A stretch of 64,000 bases of DNA. Origin: Squalus acanthias. Lineage: Eukaryota. Position numbers and translations under genes: made by a program. The first letter of the stretch is position 1. Every line of letters starts with the position of its first letter. The DNA lies in contig CM059429.1 in assembly GCA_030390025.1 (NCBI GenBank), forward strand, positions 71,114,001 to 71,178,000, given 5' to 3'. The notes under the pieces are model-generated. The model searched no databases and had not been told where the DNA came from. It saw only the letters and a list, made by a program, of their open reading frames with translations. Below are positions 12,857 to 24,175 of the stretch, piece after piece.

Positions 12857-13150
12857 CGATAAAGGGCGGCGATCTCGTCCACAAACGACTCTCCCCAACA
12901 AAATATCCTCTTTAATTTCCTCCTCTTTATTTGTTGATTTCCAGATTAGCGGAAGTTTAAATGCACTTTGCCCCCAGATTAGTGCCACAATATAATTTTG
13001 CTCTCTCTCTCTCTCTCTCTGTATGTATATTTGATGTTGTTACAGTCTAGTTGCTGCTGTTACACTGTTGCAGCCACTCTTGCTCGCTTCCCCCTCTCCC
13101 ATTGCCTGCTCTCACTCTAAATCTGAACAAAGAGCGGCAGCATCAGTACC
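12857..13150 (-). other. KLHL24: Putative non-coding first exon of KLHL24
   Basis: Strong - strand donor CG|GTAAGA at 12857/12856, just downstream of the CpG island. The transcription start is not determined. Confidence 0.45.
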
Positions 13151-13330
13151 TACACATTGCATCAGCGCGCCGCGCCGCGCCGCACGCCGGGAGTTGTAGT
13201 CCCAGGCCCTGGGCCGCCCCCGACTCCGCCCACACGGCGGGTGCCGGCCAAAGACTACAACTCCCAGCCAGCCTGCGCGCCGCGGCTCAGGTGCGCCTGC
13301 TCCCAGTCCCACTCCCCAATGCACAGCCTA
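13150..13330 (-). promoter_or_regulatory. CpG-island promoter (probably KLHL24) with two oppositely oriented ZNF143/THAP11-type ACTACAnnTCCC motifs and GC boxes
   Basis: CpG-dense segment. GCCGGGAGTTGTAGTC at 13186-13201 and GACTACAACTCCCAGC at 13253-13268. GC boxes GGCCGCCCC and CTCCGCCC lie between them. Confidence 0.75.
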
Positions 13331-13478
13331 CCCTACCTGCAGGCGTCACACGAAAGCAGTGTGGAGAGAGGGCTGACAGAAAGCTGAGCCACTTGTCTGG
13401 CCACAAACAGAGGGCAGGGAGGCCTGCAAATTGACTGAGTTGCCAAGTGCAAAAATTGAGCCAGCCAACAGCATTTAA

Positions 13479-13604
13479 TGCGGAGATGCCGGTGTTGGAC
13501 TGGGGTGGACAAAAGTGAGAAGTCGCACAACACCAGGTTATAGTCCAACAGTTTTATTTGAAATCACAAGCTTTCGGAGCTGCTGCCCCTTCGGCAGGTG
13601 AAGT
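13479..13604 (-). mobile_element. Solo Penelope pLTR fragment with a mutated hammerhead core
   Basis: Near-identical to the 21293-21514 insert. The - strand reads tcac-CTGCCGA-aggggcagcagctcc-GAAAGCTT-gtga. 7-bp flanking duplication CATTTAA. Confidence 0.7.
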
Positions 13605-13666
13605 CATTTAAGGGAGTGATGCCTGCCGGAGTCGTGTGCAGCAACGCTGTGGTATTCAGCACCTGC

Positions 13667-14339
13667 ACCCGTTCAGTCCTAAGGGGGACCCCGAGCTCCC
13701 CGTGGCCTGTCACTTTAATTCTCCGCTCCACTCCCATTCTGACCTCACCGTCCTCGGCCTCTTGCATTGTTCCATGGAAGCTCAGCGTAAGCTCGAGGAA
13801 CAGCACCTCATCTTTCGTTTAGGCATTCTACAGCCCTCTGGACTCAACATAGAGTTCAACAATTTCAGATCATAACCCTGGCCCCTATCACATATATATA
13901 TATTTTTATTTTATTTTTTTATCCACACTTTTGTTTGGCCTTTTTTTTTTCTTCCCTCCCAGAAGCTGGCAGCTGTCCTTCATTCTGCTAGCGCATTTCA
14001 CACTTCATCTAGAGCCATCCTTTGTTCCTCAACCTGTCACATTACCACCTCCTCTTGCCTTGAATATCTCTTAATGTCTCTCAATGTCTCTTAATCTCTC
14101 CTGCTTTCTATCCTATCACTGACCTTCCCTTTTGTTCTTTCATCCCCTCCCCCTTTTCCCAGCCCCTAAACCTGCTTTAAAATCTATTTCATTTCCTGCT
14201 TTTTTCCAGTTCTGACGAAAGGTCTTCGACCTGAAACGTTAACTCTGTTTCTCTCTCCACGGATGCTGCCTGGCCTGCTGAGTTTTTCCAGCGTTTTCTG
14301 TTGTTATTTCGGATTCCCAGCATCCGCAGTATTTTGCTA
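13667..14339 (+). mobile_element. Penelope-like element 3' fragment (same family as 4606-6785), with a hammerhead at ~14208-14244
   Basis: Near-identical to ~6135-6785. 17-bp TSD TGGTATTCAGCACCTGC at 13650-13666 and 14340-14356. Confidence 0.9.
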
Positions 14340-15084
14340 TGGTATTCAGCACCTGCCGGCTCTCGAGCAATTGATCAGTCCATGGTCAGACCTGGCTGCT
14401 GTGGGAGGATAAGCAGGTCACCTTAAGTGGAAGCCAACTCATCAAACTTTCTGTAGCAATGCTGTAGCCATGCCAATGATGCTGCACAGCGCATTCCTAT
14501 ACCTAAACGTACCCCTCATCATGTGTAAATAGTGCATCACCCAGTGGCCCTTCCTCAAACTCACTAATAATTACATGTTCCCCGGAGCCGGCAGCTGGAC
14601 AGGTGCTGGGTGCAGGGGACTGCTTGATGCAACCTGCTCTTCTGTGCAAGAGGTCATCTTGGGAAGAACCCAAAGGTAGAAAAAAGGACAGCAATTGCAA
14701 TGTATCCCAAGTTTCTGTCTTCAAAAGGAGGACAGAACATAACACTTTTCAGCATGCTTATCCCCAGGGGAGGAGGAAGACAGGGAGTATGGAAAAGAAA
14801 AGTTGCCTCCAAACTTGGGAGTGACAAGAGACTCAGCACTCTGAATGTCCAAAGAATGTGGAGAACTGATGAAAGAGTTAATAGGATGCTGGGATATATA
14901 ACCAGAACAGTGGAGTATAAGACTGCAGAGGTTATCCTGGGCCTTTGCTCGAACCTCACTTAGAATAGAGGTGTCTATACTGTTGGAGACAGGTGCTGGA
15001 TCCCTGTAATGCAGAGTCATTGTCGTGTAAAAGTGGTTTAAACATTGTTCTCAGCTAACTATAGCTGAGAAAGGAATCCCGTTG

Positions 15085-15540
15085 TCAGCTGTGGCTCAGT
15101 TGGTAGCACTCTCGCCTCTGAGTCAGAAGGTTGTGGGTTCAAAGTCCCACTCAGAGACTTGAGCACATAAAGCTAGGCTGACACTCCAGTATAGTGCTGA
15201 GGGAGTGCTGCACTGTTGGAGGTGCAGTCTTTCGGATGAGACATTAAACCGAGGCCCCGTCTGCTCTCTCGGGTGGATGGAAAAGATCCCATGGCACTAT
15301 TTCGAAGAAGAGCAGGGGAGTCATCCCTGGTGTCCTGGCCAATATTTATCCCTCAACCAACATAACAAAAACAGATTATCTGGTCATTATCACATTGCTG
15401 CTTGCTGTGCGCAAATTGGCTGCCACGTTTCCCACATTACAACAGTAACTCCACTTCAAAAAGTACTTCATTGGCTGTAAAACGCGTTGAGACGTCTGGT
15501 GGTCGTGAAAGGCGCTATATAAATGCAAGTCTTTTTTTTC
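15085..15540 (+). mobile_element. tRNA-derived SINE (Deu-domain/SacSINE-like) with an L2-type tail
   Basis: A box gtggctcagttggtagc and B box ggttcaaagtccc. Tail aaaggcgctatataaatgcaagtctttt. Confidence 0.8.
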
Positions 15541-15976
15541 AGGGGCTGACCAATACATGGAACTGAAGCAGATTTAAGATGGAAGTGGCATCCCTTTCCC
15601 ACTTCAAAAAGGAGACCTGGAGATGAATTTGCTGCAGAACAGGCCAGGTTGTTTGATCTGTAAATTAGCCAGGATGCAGAAGTTTACTCTAGGTGCTGAT
15701 CAAATTCTACATAGTCAAAGCATTAATTGATATGTGAGATCTGGATGAGGTGGGAGTATTTGCTTGTAGAACAGCTTTATGTACAGGGTGCTCCAATGTG
15801 TCTTTGGACTTGATTGGTTGACAGCTCTTTATTATACATTTCACTCGTCTAAAGTTTCAGTTCAGTCCACGAGAAAGCTGGATTCTGTGTGATCGGCAGG
15901 AATTTTTCATCGTCATTGTATAACCATTATATTGTGAAGTTTTAATACTGGATCATCAAAAAATCTTGCCGCATAA

Positions 15977-16407
15977 TATAGAAACATAGAATCTAGGAGC
16001 AGGAGTAGGCCATTCGGCCCATCGAGCCTGCTCCACCATTCAATACGATCATGGCTGATCATTCAAATCCAGTACCCTGTCCCTGCTTTAATCCCCACAG
16101 TACACATATCCCACCCTACCCCCGTAACCCCACGTATTTAATTCCCCCTAAGATATCCCATCCTATCCCCATAACCCCACATCTTTAATCCCCCCCGCCC
16201 CCCTAACACTAAGGGTCAATTTATCACAGCCAAATCAACCTAACCCGCACATTTTTAGACTGTGGGAGGAAACCGGAGCACCCGGAGGAAACCCACGCAG
16301 ACACGGGGAGAATGTGCAAACTCCACACAGACAGTCACCCGAGGTCAGATTCGAACCCGGGTCTCTGGCGCTGTGAGGCACCAGTGCTAACCACTATGCC
16401 ACCGTGT
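15977..16407 (-). mobile_element. V-SINE (HE1-like) with a CR1-derived 3' tail
   Basis: The - strand has a tRNA head (ggcatagtggttagcac...gggttcgaatc), a V-domain (tgtgtggagtttgcacattctccccgtg...gggtttcctccggg) and a CR1-type tail. Confidence 0.8.
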
Positions 16408-16954
16408 TACACAATGAATTGTACAAAAAATAGGCTCTGGAGAGAATATCTTAATTTCCTGAGGACTCATTCTATCTTTTTCATCTTCTCAGCATTTGTA
16501 GCATTAGTAACTTGTTGTTTTGTACTGCTTCAGTGTAATTATCTTACTTCTAAATAAATTCTGATTATTCGTGTTAGACTTAAAGTAACTGTCTGACATG
16601 CGGTTTTACAGCTTTTTGGAATTCACAAAGGTTGGTGGACATCCTGCAAAGTCCTCGGGGCAATAGACTATAGTAATTGTTAACACTATAGCATGTTATA
16701 CCACTCACACCATTAATGAGGTAGCAGGTTTTAATTAATAGGACACTTGGTTTGGTTATGAGGATTACATTTCCATGGTGAAAACAAGTTCCGTGGTGGG
16801 AGAGAGCGTGAACCTGTAACACAAAGGACTTAAATGTAAAGTAGTGAAAGATACATTTAAATAAGATGTCAAGTAAACTCAGATTGATATGTATTTGAAA
16901 TTATTTACTAAGCAAAATAATTGAAGATCCAGGATTTATCAAAGTGCAAATCCA

Positions 16955-17663
16955 TGACTGGGTGGTACAGTGGGTCAGACACTGTCCTTTCACATTCTGG
17001 GACTGGGTGGTACAGTGGGTCAGTCACACCTTTTACACTCTGGGACTGGGTGGTACAGTGGGTCAGACACTGTCCTTTCACACTCTGGGACTGGGTGGTA
17101 CAGTGGGTCAGACACTGTCCTTTCACACTCTGGGACTGGGTGGTACAGTGGGTCAGACACTGTCCTTTCACACTCTGGGACTGGGTGGTACAGTGGGTCA
17201 GACACTGTCCTTTCACACTCTGGGACTTGGTGGAACAGTGGGTCAGACACTGTCCTTTCACACTCTGGGACTGGGTGATACAGTGGGTCAGACACTGTCC
17301 TTTCACCCTCTGGGACTGGGTGGTACAGTGGGTCAGACACTGCCTTTTCACTCGGGAACTAGGTGGTAAAGTGGGTCAGACACTGTCCTTTCACACTCTG
17401 GGACTGGGTGGTACAGTGGGTCAAACACTGCCCTTTCACTCTGGGACTGGGTGGTACAGTGGGTCAGACACTGCCTTTTCACTCTGGGACTGGGTGGTAC
17501 AGTGGGTCAGACACTGTCCTTTCACACTCTGGGACTGGGTGGTACAGTGGGTCAGACACTGTCCTTTCACACTCTGGGACTGGGTGGTACAGTGGGTCAG
17601 ACACTGTCCTTTCACACTCTGGGACTGGGCGGTACAGTGGGTCAGACACTGTCCTTTCACACT
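16955..17663 (+). repeat. 45-bp minisatellite (~15-16 copies), opposite orientation to the 4250-7263 array
   Basis: Unit gggactgggtggtacagtgggtcagacactgtcctttcacactct. Confidence 0.93.
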
Positions 17664-18221
17664 GTATATCTAACCCCTGCTGTACCAAACCTAGTCGTAT
17701 GTGATTGGACAGTGTAGAGTGAACTCTACTCTGTCTCCAACTCATGCTATACATTAGCCTTGCTTAATGATAGGTGGTGTTTCTCCTGATGTATGTGATG
17801 TCATGAAGTGACATGGTTATTGACGTAAGAAAACTACTAGGCACTTGGTCTAAACGTTAAACAAAGCTTTAATCAACTGTTTTACAACATGGAGATCTAG
17901 TTGTGTCCTTTCCTAGTTCCTGTTAAGAATATCCTGCGCAAGCTGGGCCCGTGCCCGAGTATTTATACTCTCCCTGGACAGCGCCACCCGCAGGCCACTC
18001 AGTATTATTTCATAAGTCTTTCTTTCATGAATGACAGATCCATGTCAGTTATTGTGCACCATTCCTGGACAGTGAGTTCTTAATCTCTAGTGTAACATCA
18101 AAGAGAAAGTCTGGCATCAGCCAAGGCCTGATGGCACGTTACATACCTGCACTTTCTGCTGGGAAGACAGTTCATGTTAAAACCGAGCAGAGAAGATCAT
18201 CAGCAAGCATAAAATAACAAA

Positions 18222-20621
18222 ATGGGATAGTTTTTGCACAGTGTGTGCAGGAGGGTTTCCTGACACAATATGTGGATAGGCCGACAAGAGGTGGGGCCAC
18301 GTTGGATTTGGTACTGGGTAATGAACCGGGCCAAGTGTTTGATTTGTATGTGGGAGAGCACTTTGGAGATAGTGACCACAATTCGGTAACTTTCACTATT
18401 GCAATGGAGAGGGATAGGGCCTTACGGCAGGGCAGGGTTTATAATTGGGGGAGGGGTAATTATGATGCGATTAGGCAAGAATTAGGGAGTATAAGATGGG
18501 AACAGAAACTATCAGGGAAAGGCACAAACGAAAAGTGGAGCTTTTTCATGGAGCAATTACTGCGTGTCCTTGATAGGTATGTCCCTGTCAGGCAGGGAGG
18601 AAATGGCCGAGTGAGAGAACCATGGTTCACAAAAGAGGTTGAATGTCTAGTCAAGAGGAAAAAGGAAGCGTATGTAAGGATGAGAAAACAAGGTTCAGTT
18701 GGGTCGATTGAGGGGTACAAGGTAGCAAGGAATGAGCTAAAAAAAGAGCTTAGGAGAGCTAGGAGGGGGCATGAGAAGTCCTTGGCGGGTCGGATCAAGA
18801 ACAATCCCAAGGCTTTTTACTCTTATGTGAGAAATAAAAGAATGACCAGGGTGAGGGTAGGGCCAGTCAAGGACAGTAGTGGGAACTTGTGCATGGAGTC
18901 AGAAGAGATAGGAGAGGTGATGAATGAATACTTTTCGTCAGTGTTCACCGAGGAGAGGGGCCATGTTCTTGAGGATGAGAGTGTGATAAAGGTGGATAGG
19001 CTGGAGGTGGTAGATGTTCTGAGGGAAGATGTTTTAGCAATTTTGAAGAACCTGAGGGTCGATAAGTCCCCTGGGCCAGATGGGATATATCCTAGGATTC
19101 TTTGGGAGGCAAGGGAGGAGATTGCAGAGCCTCTGGCTTTGATCTTTGGGTCCTCACTGTCCACGGGGATGGTGCCAGAGGACTGGAGAGTGGCGAATGT
19201 TGTTCCTCTCTTCAAGAAAGGAAATAGGAATGACCCTGGTAATTATAGGCCGGTTAGTCTTACTTCGGTGGTTGGTAAGATAATGGAAAAGGTCCTGAGG
19301 GATAGGATTTATGACCATTTGGAAAGGGGCAACTTAATCAGGGATAGTCAACACGGATTCGTGAAGGGTAAGTCTTGCCTAACAAATTTGATTGAATTCT
19401 TTGAGGAGGTAACTAAGTGTGTAGATGAAGGTAGAGCAGTTGATGTCGTATACATGGATTTTAGTAAGGCGTTTGATAAGGTTCCCCATGGTCGTCTCAT
19501 GAAGAAAGTATGGAGTTGTGGGATAGAGGGAAATTTGGCCGATTGGATAAGTAACTGGCTAACTCATAGAAGGCAGAGGGTGGTGGTGGATGGAACATTT
19601 TCGGACTGGAGACCAGTTACCAGCGGTGTGCCACAGGGGTCGGTGCTGGGTCCTCTGCTGTTTGTGATTTTTATCAATGACTTGGAGGAGGGGACTGAAG
19701 GGTGGATCAGTAAATTTGCTGATGACACCAAGATTGGTGGAGCAGTGGATGAGGTGGAGGGCAGTTGTAGACTGCAAAGAGACATTGATAGGATGCAGAG
19801 CTGGGCCGAAAAATGGCAGATGGAATTTAACCCTGATAAGTGCGAGGTGATTCATTTTGGTAGGGCAAATTTGAATAAGGATTACAGGGTCAACGGCAGG
19901 GTTCTGAGGAACGTGGAGGAGCAGAGGGATCTGGGGGTTCATATCCACAGATCTCTGAAGGTTGCCACTCAAGTGGATAGAGCAGTAAAGAAGGCCTATG
20001 GTGTGTTAGCGTTTATTAACAGAGGGTTTGAGTTTAAGAACCGTGAGGTTATGCTGCAACTGTACAGGACCTTGGTGAGACCACATTTGGAATATTGTGT
20101 GCAGTTCTGGTCACCTCACTATAGGAAGGACGTAGAAGCATTGGAAAGAGTGCAAAGGAGATTTACCAGGATGCTGCCTGGTTTGGGGGGGAGGTCTTAT
20201 GAGGAAAGATTGAGGGAGTTGGGGCTTTTCTCTTTAGAGCGGAGGAGGATGAGAGGCGACTTAATAGAGGTTTATAAGATGATGAGGGGGATAGATAGAG
20301 TGGATGTTCAGAGACTATTTCCTCGGGTAGAGGCAGCTGTTACAAGGGGGCATAACTATAAGGTGCATGGGGGGAGATATAGAAGGGATGTCCGAGGTAG
20401 ATTCTTTACTCAGAGTGGTTGGGGTGTGGAATGGACTGCCTGCTGTGATAGTGGAGTCGGACACTTTAGGAACTTTCAAGCGGTTATTGGATAAGCACAT
20501 GGAGCACACCAGAGTGATAGGGAGTGTGATAGCTTGATCTTGGTCTCGGACAATGCTCGGCACAACATCGAGGGCCGAAGGGCCTGTACTGTGCTGTACT
20601 GTTCTATGTTCTATGTTCTAT
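18222..20621 (+). mobile_element. Young 5'-truncated CR1 LINE (749-aa open ORF2 segment: end of endonuclease + RT)
   Basis: ORF 18245-20494 with [38 protein letters not shown] and FADDTK. (ctatgtt)n tail. Confidence 0.95.
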
Positions 20622-21107
20622 AAAAGACAAAGAGAAGCTGGCAGCATAACGTGTGACCATTCCAGCCGCTCAGAGTGGAGCTGGTGGAGATCTCATCTGA
20701 TATCTTGTCCTTAGCGAGACCTGCTCGATCCTCCCCTAACATGATTTGCCACATATTTCATCCATTGGAATTAACACGGCCAGTTACACACAGTACTGGA
20801 ATGAGTCAGAAACAACACACAGGGATGTTGTGCAATGTCCCTGGGGCTCATTTTGCTGTAAACTCAAAGCATGAGGTGTGATAAGTGTCTGAGGGCAGTA
20901 ATTATAGATCATTATGTTAATAATTCTAATTTAACAAAGGACAAGTGCAGGAATGACGAATGCCCCAAGAATGAATCCAAATCAAATATGTTTATGAGGC
21001 GGCAAGCAGGAAGTTATACAATATCACATTAGTGCTAGTGAGCCTGGTGTGTATCACTTTCAAGCATGTTTGTATTACAGCTGTTCTGCAGTTGAGTCCA
21101 GATATAC

Positions 21108-22790
21108 CTACATAAGAACATAAGACGTAGGAGCAGGAGTAGGTCATTTGGCCCCTCGAGCCTGCTCTGCCATTCAATAAGATCATGGCTAATCTGATCT
21201 TGGCCTCAACTCCACTTCCCTGCCCGCTCCCCATAACCCTTGACTCCCTTATCATTCAAAAATCTGTCTATCTCCACCTTAAATATATTCAAAAATGAGA
21301 AGTCGCACAACACCAGGTTATAGTCCAACAGTTTTATTTGAAATCACGAGCTTTCGGAGCGCTGCTCCTTCGTCAGGATGCTCCTTCCTGACGAAGGAGC
21401 AGCACTCCGAAAGCTCATGATTTCAAATAAAACTGTTGGACTATAACCTGGTGTTGTGCAACTTCTCATTTTTGTCCACCCCAGTCCAACACCGGCATCT
21501 CCGCATCATGGCCATTAAATATATTCAATGACCCAGCCTCCACAGCTCTCTGGGGAAGAGAATTCCAAAGATTCACGACCCTCTGAGAGAAGAAATTCCT
21601 CCTCATTTCCGATTTAAAAGGATTTCCCCTTATTCTGAAATTATGCCCTCTAGTTCTAGATTCCCCCACGAGGGGAAACATCCTCTCTGCATTTACCCTG
21701 TCAAGCCCCTTCAGAATCTTATATGTTTCAATAAGATCCCCTCTCATTCTTCTAAACTCCAATGAGTATAGGCCCAACCTGCTCAACCTTTCTTCATAAG
21801 ACAACCCCTTCATCTCTGGAATCAGCCTCGAGAACCTTCTCTGAACTGCCTCCAATGCAAATATATCCTTCCTTAAATAAGGAGACCAAAACTGTGCGCA
21901 GTACTCCAGGTGTGATCTCACCAACGCCCTGTACAGTTGTAACAGGACTTCCCTACTTTTATACTCCATTCCCTTTACAATAAAGGCCAACATTCCATTT
22001 GCCTTCCTAATTACTTGCTGTACCTGCATGCTAACTTCTTGTGATTCATGTACAAAGACCCCCAGATCCCTCTGTACCTCAGCATTTTGTAATCTCTCCC
22101 CATTTAAATAATAATTTGCTTTTTTTATTATTCCTACGAAAGTGGATAACCTCACATTTTTCCACATTAAACTCCATCTGCCAGGTTTTTTTGCCCACTA
22201 ACTTAGCTTATCTATATCCCCTTGGAGATTCTTTGCGTCCTCCACACAATTTGTTTTCCCACCTATCTTTGTATCATCAGCAAATTTGGCTACATTGCAC
22301 TCAGTCATTAATATAGATTGTAAATAGTTGAGGCCCCAGCACTGATCCCTGCGGCACCCCACTAGTTACACTTTGCCAACCTGAAAATGACCCATTTATC
22401 CCGACTCTGTTTTCTGTTCATTAGCCAATCCTCTATCCATGCTAATATATTACCCCCAACCCCGTGCGTTCTTATCTTGTGCAGTAACCTTTTATGTGGC
22501 ACCTTATCGAATGCCTTCTGGCAATCCAAATACACGACATCTACTGGTTCCCCTTTATCCACCCTGCTCGTTACATCCTCAAAGAACGCCAGCAAATTTG
22601 TCAAACATGATTTCCCTTTCATAAAACCATGCTGACTCTGCTTGACTATATTATGATTTTCTAAATGTCCTGCTATCACTTCCTTAATGATGGACTCCAG
22701 CATTTTCCCAATGACAGATGTTAGGCTAACTGGTCGATAGTTCCCTGCTTTCTGTCTTCCTCCTTTCTTAAATAGGGGCGTTACATTTGA
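21108..22790 (-). mobile_element. CR1 LINE 3' part (RT, disrupted), interrupted by a Penelope hairpin insert
   Basis: ORFs 22362-22703 and 21466-22167 carry CR1 RT motifs. Tail acataagaacataag at ~21110. Confidence 0.9.
21293..21514. mobile_element. Inverted (hairpin) Penelope pLTR insertion with hammerhead cores on both strands
   Basis: 88-nt inverted arms at 21291-21378 and 21386-21473 with a 7-nt loop. CTGACGA...GAAAG on each strand. 14-bp TSD TTAAATATATTCAA at 21279-21292 and 21515-21528. Confidence 0.85.
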
Positions 22791-22839
22791 GATGTTTTAG
22801 ATGGTGCTCCATTTAGATTGCAGGATATTTTCTGCAGCA

Positions 22840-23810
22840 AACAGACCCATTTAACTCTAGCTCACTCTCAGTGATCTGTGACTCTATAAATCATCCAAAT
22901 CTGCTTCATTAGGTTTCAGCCTGTAACTCACTCCTGAGATATCTGTTATCCTATATATACCAAACAAATTCCTTTGATTAGATTCAAAGCATGTAACCCA
23001 CTCCCATGTATCAGTTATTCTATATATAAACCATCTGTACCCCTCAATTAGATTCCAGCCTGTAACTCATCCACTGGTATCTGTTATTTTATACATAAAC
23101 CATTCAATTTAAAGAGGACCCTGCTGGCTTGGGGCAGGAAATAAGTAGGTAAGTCCCCCACTTTTAACTGACCCTCAACCCCCCCACCACCCCCAGCCTG
23201 GTTTCTGCCAGACAGTAGGAGTTAAAGTTGGCCCCAGGTTTCCATTATTCTATATATAAATCATCTACACCTCACAGTCAGATACCAGCCTGTAACTCAC
23301 TCCCAGGTGTCCTGGCCAATATTTATCCCTCAATCAACATAACAAGAACAGTTTACCTGGTCATTATCAAATTGCTGTTTGTGGGAGCTTGCTGTGCGCA
23401 AATTGGCTGCCGCATTTCCTACATTACAACAGTGACTATACTCCAAAAGTACTTCATTGGCTGCAAAGCGCTTTGAGACGTCCGGTAGACGTGAAAGGTG
23501 TTATATAAATGCAAGTCTTTCATCTCTTTTTTCTTTAGAAAGAAAAATCCAAACTCCTGTGTTAGATTCCAGTCTGTTACTCACTGCTGCGTATATGTTA
23601 TTCTATATAAATCACCTGAACCCTCAATAAGATTCCCGCTTGTAAATCACTCTCAGGTATCCATTATTCTGTATTTAAACCACCTAAACCATCAATTAGA
23701 TCCCATCCAGTAACTCATTTCTAGGTATCAGTTATTTCATGTATAATCAATGCAAACCATGAGATTAGAGTTCAGATTGTAACTCACTCCAAGGATCCAT
23801 TGTTCTCTAC
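22840..23810. repeat. Degenerate ~70-bp tandem repeat interrupted by a SINE 3' half (~23305-23535)
   Basis: Recurrent agattccagcctgtaactcactcc...tatctgttattctatatataaa. Confidence 0.65.
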
Positions 23811-24175
23811 GTCATCCTGACCATGTGATCTTTAAGCTAAACCCATCCCCTAATTTTAATAGGCTCTTTTCATATGGGAAATGGGTACAGGGCACTTATC
23901 TAGCGGCATTTTGGATGGGTGTGGCAGGAAATATGAGAGACAGCAGCTCTTAAAGGGCTGCTACCTGCCATTAAAGGGGAGTGCATTTTTCTTTAGCTGA
24001 GCAAACCCTTTTCTGGTAAAGATAATGCAGGTTAGGAGGAATGTAGGAAAAAATGCACCTTTTCATGATGCATTGTAGGTCTTGGTGCAGGGGATGCAGC
24101 AAATGAACATGGTCCTCCCTTGGAGGGGATGACCACCCTCATGTCAAAGCTGTTCGGATTGAAGTTAGGGAAAGA

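Noticed and set aside
15085-15165. tRNA-like sequences (also ~16340-16407, ~38010 and ~63250)
   Set aside because: They are SINE heads continuous with SINE bodies and tails, not complete tRNA genes.
16955-17663. Regular repeats that superficially resemble a CRISPR array (also 4250-7263 and 41151-42025)
   Set aside because: The units are contiguous with no unique spacers, there are no cas genes, and the context is eukaryotic.
17787-18100. Possible solo LTR (tgatgt...acatca with reversed TATA/polyA-like motifs)
   Set aside because: No matching target-site duplication was found, so the boundaries are unsupported.
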